Counted from the whole stretch's first letter, positions 36,913 to 51,824 are shown. The stretch: DNA of 54,904 nucleotides, filler included, from Bipalium vagum (GCA_037834085.1; 3 parts of 3 records of this genome joined end to end with filler, not necessarily neighbours in it); one strand, 5' to 3'. Notes: a model not told the origin generated them from the sequence alone. Numbers and translations are program-made.

Positions 36913-39900
36913 TATAATCCTTTAATTGTAGACCAAGAGTCAAAATTCGGGACTTAACCATTTGAAATATTTCTGATTTTTCAACATCTTTTCCATCTCC
37001 GCTTAAGAACTTATTGAAGGTATCCACGGACACAGAAGTCTAGATGAAAAAATGCTTACTTTTAAAAGGTGGTACAGAAAATAGAATTTTCTTTATAGAA
37101 ATGAACGCAAAATCATTCACTTCTGATCCAAATCGACTAAAATAATGTTTCAGTTCAATATTTAGAGCAATTAATAAATAAATTGGTTTAATATTATTTC
37201 CAATAAAAATTCCGGACTGATTTTGACGAAAAAAGTGGTTAAGCAATGTAAGTATCTCTATATTTATTATCAGATAAGAGTCAGTATGAGAGATAATATA
37301 ATTAAATAATAAAAAAATACAAGGTTTGCTAATACATGAATGAAAATTATATAAAAAGAAATATCTTTTTAGAAAAATAACATCTTATTAATAAAATAAT
37401 TTCCTTCATTTTAAACAATTTTATCGCATTTTTGTACAATTTTCTTTATATATCTAACATAAAATTCTCATTTCTTTGATGAAGAAAATAACTAATATAA
37501 TCTCTCAGCTCTTCTTCAGTGTCAAAATGCAGTTCTGAAAAGGGATTTTTAGTGAATAAACAAGTGAAAGTCTGATGACACCGAGTTAGGTAAGTATGGA
37601 GGATACTAAAGAGCCTCCTAGTTCATTTTCTTGATAATTTTTGCCAGACCTAACACATGGGGGCGAGTGTTTTCACGGAAAAGAATCATATCTTTTTGAA
37701 AGGTATAGGATTGCTTTATACCTATTTTAAGCAATTTAGTTGGTCCGCATGAATGGTTCCAGTTACTTTTATGTTCTTTGGCGAAAATTCCCAATAAATG
37801 GTCCTTTTCAAATTCCACCATACACACAAATATTTTTGAATGAATTCACAATTTTGGAATTGGTTCAGGCGTTTGATCAATCATTTGCTTTCGACCTCTG
37901 AACTTGGTCTGCAAGACTCACATTTTATCACCAATTAGATTTTGTCACAATTTGATTCAGAAAAGATTCATAACTGTGGTGAAAATAATGAAATTTGCAA
38001 ATCTACAGACGTTGTTTCTCGTTTTATTTAGGAACTCCCTTTTGTAACTTTACAATAGGTTTGAGATTATTGTAGACCATTTTCTTAATATTGAAATTGA
38101 CTTGTAAGTTCATTCTGTGGTACATATTGATCTTCATCGATGGGATAAAAATCCCTTACATAAATATTCTTAATTTCGGAAGTTCACCAAAAATAAGTTG
38201 CTTTGCAAAATATTTTTCCAGAGAATTTTTCGTTGTGTAAACTATAATAATCAGTAGCAAAAAATTAAAATAAATAATATAATAAAAAATAAAGGACTTA
38301 TTTTATCTTTATTTATCTAAAAGACATCTTAAATAGAATTGAATTATATTCTAAAAATGCTTATTTCAGAGTATTCTACAATCAATGATAAAACCTCTAA
38401 TTTTTTTTTCATTTAGCCCTCATTTATTACACTTAATCTAATACTTAGTCGGAATAACAATAATCCCCAAAACACCAATTTGTTATTCTGATAATCCAAT
38501 TTGTTTCAATCATTTATTAATCAAAAATTATTTCCCAGCTGAAAATTAATAAAGCTTGTCAGTTCCTATAATTCTAGTTCAGTGAGCAATTGAAATAATG
38601 CCAGGAACAATTGACAAGGAGATATTTCGATTTGCAGATATTTCTAAAAATCATTTTAATCAATAAATAATTTTTAAAGTCACTGAAGGATTAGTTAAAT
38701 TTTAAAATTTGTTAACTTAAAGCTTACTTTTTTATTATTTTAAAATAAATTTTGTTTTACTTTTCTCTAATATTGATAATTCAATTTCTTAATTAAAACA
38801 ATGAACTTTTAATAAATAAATTAATAAAATGTATTTTTAATTTAAATTTAGTTTTATAATTTTATTTTATTATTTTTTAAAAATTTTTTAATGAATGTAA
38901 ACATTTTTAATATTAAAATTAAACATTAAATCTTTTTTAAATTATAAATAAAAATGTCAAGATTATATATATATAAAACTGAATTATCGGCAGTAGTTTT
39001 AAAACCTTTTCCACGTTCAACTCTTTCAGGTGTTTTAGTTCAATTGATAAGTAACAATATAAAGTGAGCTAATCCCTGACACGATTTTATATCTTCTCTA
39101 TCAACAATTCCCTCGTCATCTGTACCAGTTTTTATTTTCTCATAAATAAAACTTTAATATTTCAGCGTTGGTTTTAAAAATAAGTTTCCATCATAATTTA
39201 TTGTTTTAATTTTATCAAGAAAACCATTTCTCAAAATTTAATTGAAGCTGACTAAAAGTGGATTTCTCTTGAGATCTTATATATTCCCATAAGATATATT
39301 ATTGATATTAAGATTATTAATAATGATAGGAATAATAATATCTTTAATGTATTCTGTAGCGTAATTTTTATTTTAATAAAAAAACTAAACACATTTTTAT
39401 AAAATTTAGACTTTATTAATGAGGTCAATATTCTTAGAATTTAAAAAATGATATACCTAGGATGCTGGGAAAGTTTGAGGAAACTAGTACTTAATAAATC
39501 AAGCCAAATCAAATCAGTAGTACATTTATTTCTTTCAAAATAATCGTTTTTAAAGTCATCAGAATTTTCCTTGCGATCCAACCAACTTTTGAAGCATTTT
39601 TTTATTCTAAAGTTGGTCTTTCAGATACCCTTACATCAAATTTTGAAATAGCTGGTTCAGGTGTCGAAAAGTTCACAGCATAATTTCTTTTTGATAGTTA
39701 GGAACTACATGTAATCAAGATGTGATAAGTCAAATGAATATGGAGTGTCATTAATAGTAAATTTTCAGTGGGTTTGACGGATTTGTCATAACGAAGAACT
39801 ATTTTTCAATTTTGATTGTTCTCTTTAATTTTGGAAATCACCTTTGATAGCAAGAAATTTTATACCATTCAATATCGGAAGTTCCTTATTTCTTTTAATT

Positions 39901-42900
39901 TATTGTTGTCACATTTTTAAAAAACCAAAATAACTGGCAATCATTTTTCTTTGCAGAGCTGTGAGACATGACAACCTTTGTTTGTTTTAGTTTACTCTAA
40001 ATTCCCAGACTGCGGATTGTTGGTTATTTTTAGGTTTGTACGATACACGTTTCATTATCAGTAACAATGTTGTACATTAAATTTTAACTACCTATGTTAA
40101 TTTTTGGGTTCCTTAACTATTTCACTCATAAAGCTGTAAAGCTACTTAATTGAGACCCTGTATTATAAATAAGATTGTACTTACTCCATACCATAAAAAA
40201 GCCTTTGTAAGTCTAGTTTGTTTAATTGGTTTAATATTGATTATAATAGATGGCGCTATCTAATGATAAGACAATATTAATCTTAAGCCGACTCTAGTGT
40301 AAATTGGTAAAGTACAGCCACAGTACGAAACAGTTAAAAGTCTAAAAGATTACGCGCACACACCTTACGAAAGAAATTTTTTGAAATATTTACACTAGAC
40401 AAAAAGAGTGGTTCAGGAAGAAAGAATATCGAATTACATGTTGAGAGACGAGAACGAGTTGTGGAATCTATTCGGAAGCGGAGATCCTCTAGAATTACGT
40501 GTATTTATTAGGAGACTGAGATTCCACATACAAGTATTCAAAAAATTATAAAAAAAGGAATGAGACTTATATCAAGAAGAACATGTCCTTTGTTAAGTGA
40601 TGACCGAACAGAATCTTCATCATCATGATAGCAGTCCGCGAACAAAACAGCCAATACTCAGTAAGGGTAATCCATGATTCTCACTGGTATTTCAAAGCCT
40701 GGTGTTGAAAATAAATTTATTGAATTGATTGGTATTTTGGGGATTCAGAAAAATGTCGAGGTCCAGTGTTCTCCAAAAAATCATCATAAGGATGACTCAT
40801 ACAAAATTGATTGCACAATAACGGCAGATAGTTTATATGACTTGATGNNNNNNNNNNNNNNNNNNNNNNNNNNNNNNNNNNNNNNNNNNNNNNNNNNNNN
40901 NNNNNNNNNNNNNNNNNNNNNNNNNNNNNNNNNNNNNNNNNNNNNNNCTCCAAAAAATCATCATAAGGATGACTCATACAAAATTGATTGCACAATAACG
41001 GCAGATAGTTTATATGACTTGATGACCATTGATGCTATGCCTATGATTTGTAACAAAATGCAGTCGTGTCAGAATGTGACTGAGCAAATGGAAAATGCTT
41101 GCCTACACATTGGAAAGAATAATGTTGAACAATTCAATGACTTTGGAGATAGTCTTGTTCTCAGCATAACAACTATTAATCAACCAGCACAGTTTCCAGA
41201 TTTAAATGCAAATGACATTGTTTTTTTCACGTCTCTCAATAATCGAGTTCTCAGGAAAAATGTAAAATGTTGACGAATTGTGGTTTCCATTAAAAAAGAA
41301 TTTCTGATCAACTAAATCTGAAAAGTTCACCTCTATTTTTGAAAGCAAATCTCGGATAGTAGAATAAAGCAGAAAGGTTTAAATGTTAATGTACCACATT
41401 CGTTATAATAAACCTTGTTATAATTATTTGTCTTATAATATTATAATTAATTTTAACAAATCGGGATTTTTTATGGTATGGAGTAAGTACTTTTTAATTA
41501 TTTTATTAAGAAAATATTTATTGGAAATGACCACCAGACACGCTTGGATCGGATTACAAAAAATTTGTTGCCAAATATAATTTTTATATGTAAAAATATA
41601 TATCTCAAAAGTTTTTTAATAGTTTAAGTTGTGAACTCGTCAGTTAACAAAAGGGTTTGGATTGAATTAATAAATGGGTCCCAAATCGATTGGAAGAAAG
41701 TATTCAGTACGTAGAATAGCTTTATAAAATGCAAAATTTAGAAATTTTTAACTTGAAATATTACTAAGTCCTCACAATAATTATGCAAATGAAGCCCGTA
41801 TTAAATGAAAAAGAAAGAATAATAAATCAAACATTAAAAGATTGTTTAAATGGCCAACGAAAATATGAAGGAGATCAGATTTAAAAGATAAGAAAATTTT
41901 TAAAATAATTTCTTCTATTTAAAAATATTATAAATTTTTTTTATGTATTTAAAAATATAATAATAATATATTTTTGGTGTAATAATATATTTAATTAAAT
42001 ATTTACATGTTAAATAAAAATATTAAAGGAAAATTACTAACAGATGAAACGGTTTTTTCTCGTCGTACTGTCCGATAAATGCCTATTGGTATCTCACATG
42101 TGGTACTGCACATTCGTTGATAAAGTCGTCCGTAGGTTTTGATCCACAAATCCTTTTCTCTTATGTGACACTAAAAACAATTCAGCGGTTATTTTTCAGT
42201 TATTAAAAGTTTTATATTTTATCGATTTGTATTATTTTCTGAAATAAGAATATCATGTGATCATTAAAAAAATGACAAAAACCTCTTCATTTAAAAAAAA
42301 TCAAAAAATACAGTGTTTGGAAAAAATACATAAAATAAATTATCTGACACAAATTTTTGGTTTTCATTAACGCTCAAATTTTCGGTATATTGTTGTATAT
42401 TTAAATATATTTTAATTTAAATTATAAACTAAAAGTTTTATACATTTTAATTTAAGTTAAATGAATTTTAAAAATAACCTATTAACTATTTTTAAAATAA
42501 ATTATAATTTATAAAAATTTAATAAAATAATTTGTTTAAATATTAAATAAAGGTAAAGCATTTTTTACTTTATTTAATTATTATTGTAAATAAATATTTT
42601 GTTCCACTCTGACTTGATGAATTCCAATAACATAGATACAGTTGCAGTAACTAACAGTTGAAAAATAAGATGACACCACATTGTCACTCAAGAACCACAT
42701 GTATCATTATTTAAACCTTCATCTAAATTTTCTTGAATTATCATAAAATTAAGTATAAAAACTGAAAATGACGAAAATTTCTGGATCATTTTTTTGACCG
42801 ATAAAAAAGATACTTGTAAAACAAGCACAATATATTGAAAAATAAACAAATATTTTTCGATTTACAAATTTAGGACATGATAAATTGATTAGCAATTCCT

Positions 42901-45900
42901 CAATTGAATATTCTTTAGTTTCCCCAAATCGACTCAGTTCTTTGGGTGTGAGCATTAGTCTCCCTGTTAACAAAATTCATCTTATGGTTGAAAGTTCAAT
43001 AAACATAGTTTTCATCTTTAGACAATAGGCCACTCATTATAGATATAAAATTACCGAAATAATGATTCATCTATTAGAATCACTAGTTCGGGTCCACCAA
43101 TCTTATTAGATTTTTCAAGACAAGATCTCACAGTTTTTCCTCATTGCTGCATAGAGAATAATAACTTCAGATTATTCAGCCCGTGTTTTCAGTGGCTGAC
43201 TTTTATGATCTGTCCAAAGCTCATAAATGTAAGAAATGGATACTTCGAGATATTTTGAATTTCATCATATCAAAAAAGATATTTGATGCAATCGATCGGT
43301 CAAGAAAGATACTTGATGTAATCGATTTTTTCCTCGGTCAAGAAAGTCTTAGTCAATAAGGTCAAAAAAACATGATCAAAATATTTTTTATAAAATATTA
43401 TAGAAGATAATTTAATTTATTTTAAAATTTAATAAATTATTAATATTAAAATGTCAAAATTATTCTAACATTTATAATGATAAAGTAAAATCCCAGTCTG
43501 ATAAAATATGTTTGAAAATTAAGACTATTTATGTTACTTAAGAAATCATTAAAATTGTCTTCTCTTATTGATTGGAAACAAATAGATGTTAATACTGTCC
43601 AGCAATTCAGATTCTTTTTATATAATTTAAGATATTTATTCTACTCTAAAAAATATTAAATTTTATATAACATTTTTATGTTTAATCTTCAATATAAGAG
43701 CTTTATTTGAACAAGCAAATAATTAGTTTTTTACTTTATGGGGGAACAAGATTTATGCGATACCATCAAGCGTTTGGTAATTGAATTAAAAATATTTCCA
43801 AACTGAAGTCAATGCATATATGCCTCTTTATATACCTAATGTCACAAATATTTAAGGAAAAAAATTGTAGAACTTTCGAAAACCGGTTAACAGAAAAAGA
43901 GAAAGTCGAATTCTCTGCTTCAGAGATATTTTATTTTCATATAATTTTACAATTCCTTGAATAGTAATTGAAAACCCCCACCACCAAATTTTATACTTAT
44001 CTTTAAATATTTGAAACAAAAATTATTTTTATTGAGAAAGTGTTATACACATATGTCAATCATATTAAATTATTTATTACATCTGTCACAATTAGTTTAT
44101 ATATTCTACTCCATGAAAGGAATAAACAATTGATAAATGTACTTTATATTGATTTGAAAGGGCTCTTAAAGTCCATCCAGTGGTAAAATTACCTTTTTTC
44201 AATAAATTTCAATCATTTTTGAAACATTATTCACTTAGATTTTCAATTTTTGCAGAAAAATTATTCGGTGTGTTAAGCAAAATTTTGTTATTTTCCATTG
44301 GTTTATGCAAAGCAAAGGAGATCCTCTGCAAATGCTTCCATTCTATTTCTCCACAAGACTGATTTGTGAGCATCAATTCCTAGAGGATTTTAGACCTCAA
44401 ATTTTCAAACAAATTTCATTTATCACGTATATAATGATCACCATTTTGATTAATTTTCACAATTGTCTATTTCACGTTAGATTTTATTTTAATTAGTTTT
44501 TTCAACATAAAAATTGTTTTCAATAGCGTTCGACAACTACTTTTTATTTTTTGAGCTCTTTTGTTTTAAAAAATCATTTATACTTAGAATAAAATCCTAA
44601 AAATGATATATACAGTGAATTACAATATACAATTCAAATATCCAGTCAATATACGATAATATATATATTGGGTAATATTTAAACAAATTACTAAGAGAGT
44701 TAATTTTTTTTTGTAAAAATTACGCTTATTGTTCACAATGCTCGTTTTTAATGAGAAATATCTATGATTACTATGGATTTTTAAAAAAGATTTCTTAAGG
44801 TTTGTACATTAAACAAAATGTTCACTTTTTGCAGGTTTGTATACGTAATAAAATAATATAAATAAATACATTTTTATATTATGAAAATTAGTATTGATTT
44901 AACCAATGAAATTATATTCTGAAAAAATATTTTGGAAATTGAGATATAAGAATATTCTATCTATCTTTTTTCACATTTATTTTTTACAAAAGAAATAATT
45001 TATATTGACAATGATATCCCGAGGTCTTGTTTTTGTATTGAAAGTCCAACAATGAAAGATATAGGACAGAGAGTAATATTTAAGTGTAAGAAAAATAAAA
45101 ATATTGGGACAAAGAAAGTTTTATATATTAATTTTGGGATATATGTAAAAAATACATTTCAATTTCTGAATTTTTTTATTTTATTAATAAATATAATTTC
45201 CTACGCATGTCAAGTGTCCGGATCCCACAGCCTGGTCTATTCCAAGAAGCAATCGCACGAATTTGATAAGATAGGACTTCACAAAAGCTTGGTATAATAA
45301 GGTATCCAACATATTGGCTGAGAAAACATTTCCTGCTGCAAAAGGCAGCCGAAATATATAGCTTATATGAGATCCGCGAGCTCTTTCTTTCTACATTAAT
45401 AAAATAATCGTTATGTTTAAGGAGGTTTAGAAATTTTTAAATAAAAAAAGTTATGATTTTAAATAAATTTTTACATATATTTATCTATTAATATTTATAT
45501 TTAATAAAATTAATATATTTATTATTATTAATATATATTAAAAATTCAAAAGATTCAGTAATTTAAAAAAAATTTCCAATTCCAAAAAATTGATCCTTCT
45601 CAATGAGGAATTTCGACACATTATCCTTCATGTCATCCTATGAAACAAGTTTATGTCCTCTCATGTTTCTTCAGGTGACTGAACAATCAAAATTACCTTC
45701 GCAAGATCCGGACGGTATGGAGTGTTGATATAGCTGCATAAACTCAGCTTTTGTTAATGTTTTTATGTTTTCTTAGACGTCTGAATAAGAGCATTATCCG
45801 GGAACAAAAAAGCCTCTGGTTTTGTGCTTTCATTGGATGCTGCGGATTTCAAAAATTGGATTACTCTATTAATCAGAATTTAAGATATCTTCATTAAAAT

Positions 45901-48900
45901 CTAACTTCAAGATGCCATTTATATCTCAAAACATATTAAACATGGTATATTTATGATGCAAGATTCCGAGACACAAGACCTTGAATGAGTTCTTATTTTC
46001 AAAAACCAATTCCTATGCTATCTTTTAGAGTAAGGAAGGCAGAGGCTCAATGGTGCCTCGTCCTTAAGTATTACACTCGATAAAAATTGGTCCGACTGCA
46101 CACAGACAACGAAGGTTCCTTTCACAGGCCATTATCCGTCTAGCCATAATATCAGCTATTAAAAATCTCGTCGAAAATTTCTACACAACGTTCGGATTCT
46201 CATTTTGTCTAGAAATAACTGGACACCTTTTACCCTTCATACACTTAGGTTCCCAGATAATTGAGTTAATCAAATTGAGCTTAAATATTAACGTTGTATA
46301 ATAATTTATAATAAGTATAATAATGTAAGAATTTGGGGATTGACCTAAACGTTCAATATTAGTCAGTTCTGGACTCTCGGTTTTCGATGATTTATTTAAC
46401 AAATGCGACTAAGGACTTAATTTAAAAACTACACTAGAAGCTCAATTCAATGGTTGAAGAAGATTTCCGAAAGAGGAATTGTTGTATGAAATAAATAAAT
46501 GCTGATCAGTATTATATTAAATAATAAAATAGCTATTAATATCAAATTGATGAGGTCTTGAGATTCAATTCGGACAATAAGAGGACAGCAACACCAAAAT
46601 ATGAATATTTATCTGCTTTGGGTCAATTTATAAAAAAATACTTATAATTTACACAAATCTGTCAAAAAGAATAACCTTTTCCAATTTCGACATACTCAAG
46701 GCATATTTATCATCAGGAGAAAATAATGTAAATCGCATATTGGAACTTTGGCTGAGCTCTGTGATGATCTTGATCTGAGGAAAAAGACGATAGATTGTCT
46801 GAACTGCGACGATGGTATTACAGTCTGACAGCGCGTCTTCTTCTGCAGAGTTACTGGTCTCTTTATTCACTATTACTACATTGTCAGCTAATGTTATGCC
46901 AGCCTTCAAAAGGTCATCAATACTAAATTGTAATATAAGACGACTTTAAAGTAAAATCCACTGTAATTGTAATAATTAAATTTATTGATTCATTACTTTT
47001 CATAATGAACATGTTACCGAGACCATTAAAATATTTATTTGATAAATTAATATTACGAAACTTTTCAAATCTCTAAATTTCCTTTGTTAAATTTTGCGCC
47101 TAATTAAATTAAAGTTTCATTTTAAATAAAAGATTATTAGTCGCACGAAAACTGATAATATGATTTCAATTTTGCTAATTTAAACAAAAAATAAATTGAA
47201 TTTTCAGGTCCTTTCAAATTTTACCACGGATAAATAAGTCATTCCGCTTTCGTTAATTTTTATATGAATCGTCATTAATTTCGTCGACCCTTTTAAATCA
47301 TTTAGAAAACAATTAAATAAAATTAACGTTTTAAACAAATATTTGATTCTTGCTCGATTGTGAAAAAATGATAAAGAATTCAATTAACGCAATTAATTTT
47401 GTTGAGATAAATGAAATATTTCTTTAATGAAAATGGTTGGCAAAATGAATGCGACAGTTAAGTCAGAAGAATTATTATATGGAAGCTTTTATTATTTAAA
47501 TAAGTTTCTATCCCCAGTTGTTAATGGATCGATTTATTAAAAATGTTTCATCAGTGAAGAGGATTTATGGTTTAATAAAAGCAAGATGATAAACCACCAA
47601 AGGATGAATTTTGGCTAAAATAGATTAGTGGAAGAATAAAAAAGTAGAGGGCATCATAGAACTCTTGATAACCTTAATCTTGCCAAAGTGATGTAACTGT
47701 TTTCTTACAAAGATGTATAAAACCAGTTTGGTGTTAAGCTTGAATGAATTTTTAATAAAATAATAAATAAGATTTTAAAAATGTTAAAATTCATTTCTCT
47801 ATAGCATTCACGTCTGTGGTCATTAAAATTTATTAATAAAAATATATTTCATTGCGTAATTAATAAATTTTGTTCTCGAACTTTGAGGTTAAACCAGTTT
47901 GATGTTTATGAATTTAATATGTTTATGTTGAAAATGTGTGAATTGCAAATTTTATAATAAAATATAAACATTTTAAACATATATTTTTTCATTTTAATAG
48001 ACGCTTTGAGAGTAAGAAAAATAAATTAATATAAAGTTTATCGATCTATTAAATAATTTTGTCAACCAATTAAATTAATTTGTCAATCAAGTAAATAATT
48101 TTGTCAAAAAAATTATGTAATTGGTCGGAAAACTCTGAAAAGTCTTCTTTAATGTATGTATTTTCATATCTGAAATTTGTCAAACTTAAATAGTGAGAAT
48201 ATTCAAAAGCTGCAAGTTGAGAAAAAAGATTACTCAAGGCAGAAAAGACCAATGATATCAAATAATGACAAGAAGAGGATTATAGCTAAAACAGTGGTAG
48301 GCTATTCCGTAAAGACGATTAAGATGAAGCATCAAACTGTGAATGCCATTGTTAAATGGTTTTTCAAGAAAGATAAGGTACAAACAACTAAGCGCGATAG
48401 TGACAGACGTTCAAGTTAAGCTTGGAAATAAAAGAATGAGTTGTTGTTTCTAGTGAATAAAGAATGCACTGAACCTTTAAAACAACTTTCAGCCTGGGTT
48501 GAAGATAAGTTTTTATTGAAATTTTTATCATTGAATGCTGTTGACAGAGCTCCGGCAATTTCATTATACTCTTAAGAGGACCATGTTGATTCAAGGTAGA
48601 AGAAAATGCGAAAATACAATTAACTTAAGAGACTTATGCTTTAACATTTAGGAACCTGGAAGTCAACACTGAAAATAAGAATCTTATTTTTTAGATGAAA
48701 CAGTATCTTATTTTGTGGAAAATCAAGATTTCTAATGTTCCAGTACCTCGTAGCAGAACTATTTATTGTTGCTGTAATGAATAAATATGATATGATTTAT
48801 CATAAGATTCATGAACAAAAAACGAACAAGAGTTAAGGAGCTTACTTTTAAGTAAGTTTGATCCAATTACTGAATTACTGTTCAATAGAGAAATGGTTAA

Positions 48901-49870
48901 TGATTAAAAAATGTTATTTGTTGTTTTTAAATTAAAAATATTTTTTTAAAATTATTTAATTGATTGATAAATTGCTGTAATTGGTTGACAACATTATTAA
49001 ATTGATCGAAATAACCTATAAAATAAGTAATATAAAAAGCTATTTAATTACAAAAAGTATTTAATTTTATTATAACTATAATTAATGAATTAATAGTTGA
49101 ATATAATAATAATATTATGTTATAATATTATTAAAAAATGAAAATAATTAAAATTTTATAAAAATAAATGCTTTTGAAATAGTAAATAAAATATTTATTA
49201 ACTATTAAATTATATATGAGTCATTTATTATTTATGATTATTTTTAATAGTTTATTTGAAACTAATAGATCTAATAGATTTTATATAATTTTTGTATGTT
49301 GTCAAAATTGTATTCTCAGTTTATAAAAAAATTGATTAATTTTCTCAATTTAATGTACTTGTAAAAAATATGAATTAAATTTTAAAGTAAAAAATCGGTC
49401 ATTTGTTTTAATAAATTAATTAGTCTACTATACTAAGAAATATTAAATTTATAATGCAAAAATGTCTTGGAAATTAAATTAGAATATTAATATTAAATTG
49501 ATTTATCAGAATAATGTACCGTTCGATTGAACCAAGAATCCAATAAATGAGAGGAAAATAACTGATGGACTCTAGGAAATAGGTGTCTGGTTCTTTTTCC
49601 AGTAGCAAAATGATGGGTTTCAGTGAATAAATGGAACGCCAGTGACTTCGAAGAGGCACAACGAAATTGAATAGACCATAACTTGCATAATCCGAAAATA
49701 CAATAACACTGCGATTTCTCCAATTGTAATCGGAGACGTTTTGATGAGGTGAATGTTCACAAGGCTTTATCAGTTGCAGACAGCAAAGGGGTCGTTTCAC
49801 TTTCATTAGGTGACACAAGCACGGACTCGTTCCAATGTATGGAATAACCGGTGGAAATCCTTTGATACAA
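36913..49870 (-). CDS. slo-2: Slo2/KCNT-family potassium channel, C-terminal RCK region, partial
   Basis: Exons 49520-49870, 46676-46922, 45205-45390, 42042-42170, 36913-37039 are phase-consistent. Motifs [107 protein letters not shown]. Upstream and terminal exons not found. Confidence 0.92.
37480..38240 (-). mobile_element. mariner remnant
   Basis: Degenerate FVCMVEFEK (KxMLCVWW-like) and [10 protein letters not shown] motifs. Confidence 0.6.
39458..40162 (-). mobile_element. mariner remnant
   Basis: Mariner-like 5' region and termini (AGGATGCTGGGAAAGTT; GAGACCCTGTA); heavily decayed. Confidence 0.5.
40178..41489 (+). mobile_element. DD39D-like (plant-mariner-type) Tc1/mariner element
   Basis: Perfect 23-bp inverted ends TACTTACTCCATACCATAAAAAA (including TA); transposase EQMENACLH...[20 protein letters not shown]. 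Confidence 0.85.
43720..44560 (-). mobile_element. mariner remnant
   Basis: Decayed minus-strand frames with KVSIKFGGG (KxxLxVWW-like) and NLVP motif remnants. Confidence 0.5.
45590..46480 (-). mobile_element. Tc1/mariner remnant
   Basis: Minus-strand PDNAL and TPYRPDLA (PPYSPDLAP-like) motifs. Confidence 0.55.
48033..49018 (+). mobile_element. IS630/Tc1 (DD37E-like) element with long, internally repetitive TIRs
   Basis: Left TCGATCTATTAAATAATTTTGTCAACCAATT matches the reverse complement of the right end (TCGATCAATTTAATAATGTTGTCAACCAATT), with repeated TTGTCAA units. Transposase start [10 protein letters not shown]; IFLDET-like remnant. Confidence 0.7.
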
Positions 49871-49912
49871 CTGAAATTGATCATAACAATTCAGTAAAGG
49901 CAAAACATGTGG

Positions 49913-49944
<32 letters not shown>

Positions 49945-50599
49945 TGAATAATAATATGAATAATAATATGAAAAATAATATGAATAATAATATGAATAAT
50001 AATAAATATAATTCATATATTCATATTGGATATAAAAAGTTTTGACATATTAAACGATTTGAAGTCTTTGATGTTCCCAATCATTCTTTTCAATAATGAA
50101 TTGTTCCAGCACTTTACGGAAAGCTTCTCATGGTCGGTAAAGTTGTCCATATTTAGATAGATACCAGGATGGCTTAGAAAAATGCATTATTGCTAATGGG
50201 GGTGTTATCTTTTTTCTTTTGACTTATTATCTTTTTCTTAAAAGAACGGTTATTTTTAAACGGAAAATTTAAGAGAAATCCATATACATATTGAATAGAA
50301 AAGAAGTTTCCAAATAGTTTTTACAAGGCACAGCAAAAATAGAAAACACAAATTATATAATTTGTTTTATCAATACCGTTAAATAAATTAACCAAAATTA
50401 TTGATTATTTTCAATTATTGAACCTTAAGAATTATAAAATGTTTTTTTTAATTTTAACAGAATTTTGGTAATTGTGCTCAGATGAAAAATATGTTCAAAC
50501 AATAAAATCAGCTGATTTTAAAAAATTACAAAAAATAATAAATATAAAATTACAAAAAATAAAATATTTTTAGCTTTATTTTAGCTTAACTTTTAATGC

Positions 50600-51824
50600 A
50601 AGTGAAAACGATTATTTACTGATACCAAAATGATATGACTTTTAATAAAGAGGAAAACAGCAGTGAGCTTGTACCCTTTGAACTGTGAGACCAAAAGGTG
50701 TTTGAGAAAAGATGATGTAATTTATTTTTTGATCTATCACATTTCGATCTTCGACAAATCTGACTAAGTAATAAATTCTGATTGCATGTTGACCAGGTAG
50801 AAATATTCACGGCAAATACGGTAGAAAGTGCAGAATATTGAAGTAAACATAACAATAATCTTGTGAACAAAATCAACTCATTTTTCAAATGCTCGCTTTT
50901 CATCAGTTGACTACAAAATTTGTCTTACCGTTTGTTATTTTGAAACATGCTTCGAAATTTATATCAGTTCCTCTCCAGTTATTAATATTAGATATTATTC
51001 AGATTAATTTCCATTAAATGTAAGGTTGTTTCATTATTATCTAGTTTTTTGTTTCATAAAGTTTCGCACAAAACTCGAGTGAGAAAATTAAAAAAATATA
51101 TTTTGCTTCACAGTTTTTTAATCTTTCGATTTCTATTTGGAGTGAAAGAATCGTTCTTATTAAAATGAAAACAATAAAAAGAATTTGATTATAAAATAAT
51201 TGTTTAAATCCAAAGATAATTGTTTGACTTATTTGCCTTCATCATTGATTATTTTAATTGCTATGACAATTATTAGAAGTATGAAGAATATAATTCAAAA
51301 TTATCTCTCAACAGGAAACACCAAAACAATGAATTTCTATGTAAAGTGGAGAGAAGAAAATGTTTATACCAACCATTCGAAACCTTTCCACAAGGAATGG
51401 TCTTTTCATATTTCATTTAATAAGCGATTCGATTATATTAAAGCCAAGCAATATAAGACGAAGAAAATTTTTTTAATCATGGCAGTGTACCCTCTCACAC
51501 ATCACTTTTTCACTAGCAAAATTAGACAACTTAAGCTTTTGATTGATATCTTAACATTAGGCACCCAGTGACTCCTTTTTATTTCCAAAATTCAAGATTT
51601 TTTTCCAGCAAGAGATTCAATTCAAATGAGAAGTGAAACAGAAAACTAAACAGTATTTTGGAAGATTTCCGTCAATGTATTTTTTAGAAGGCATAATAAA
51701 AATTAAAAATCAGTGGTATCGTCGTATTTATCTATAAAGGTCTTATATTTATTAAAATAAATGCTTTTGTCTAATTTCATTGTTCTTTTTTGACTTGACC
51801 AAGAACTTTCAGAATTACCTTGTA
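50600..51824. mobile_element. Cluster of decayed mariner fragments
   Basis: Plus-strand mariner 3' end finishing AAGAACTTTCAGAATTACCTTGTA; other fragmented frames upstream. Confidence 0.55.

Noticed and set aside
39005-39067. Possible 63-nt phase-0 cassette exon in the Slo2 intron
   Set aside because: Weak splice sites and no Slo2-like content; may be retroelement debris. Unsupported without RNA data.
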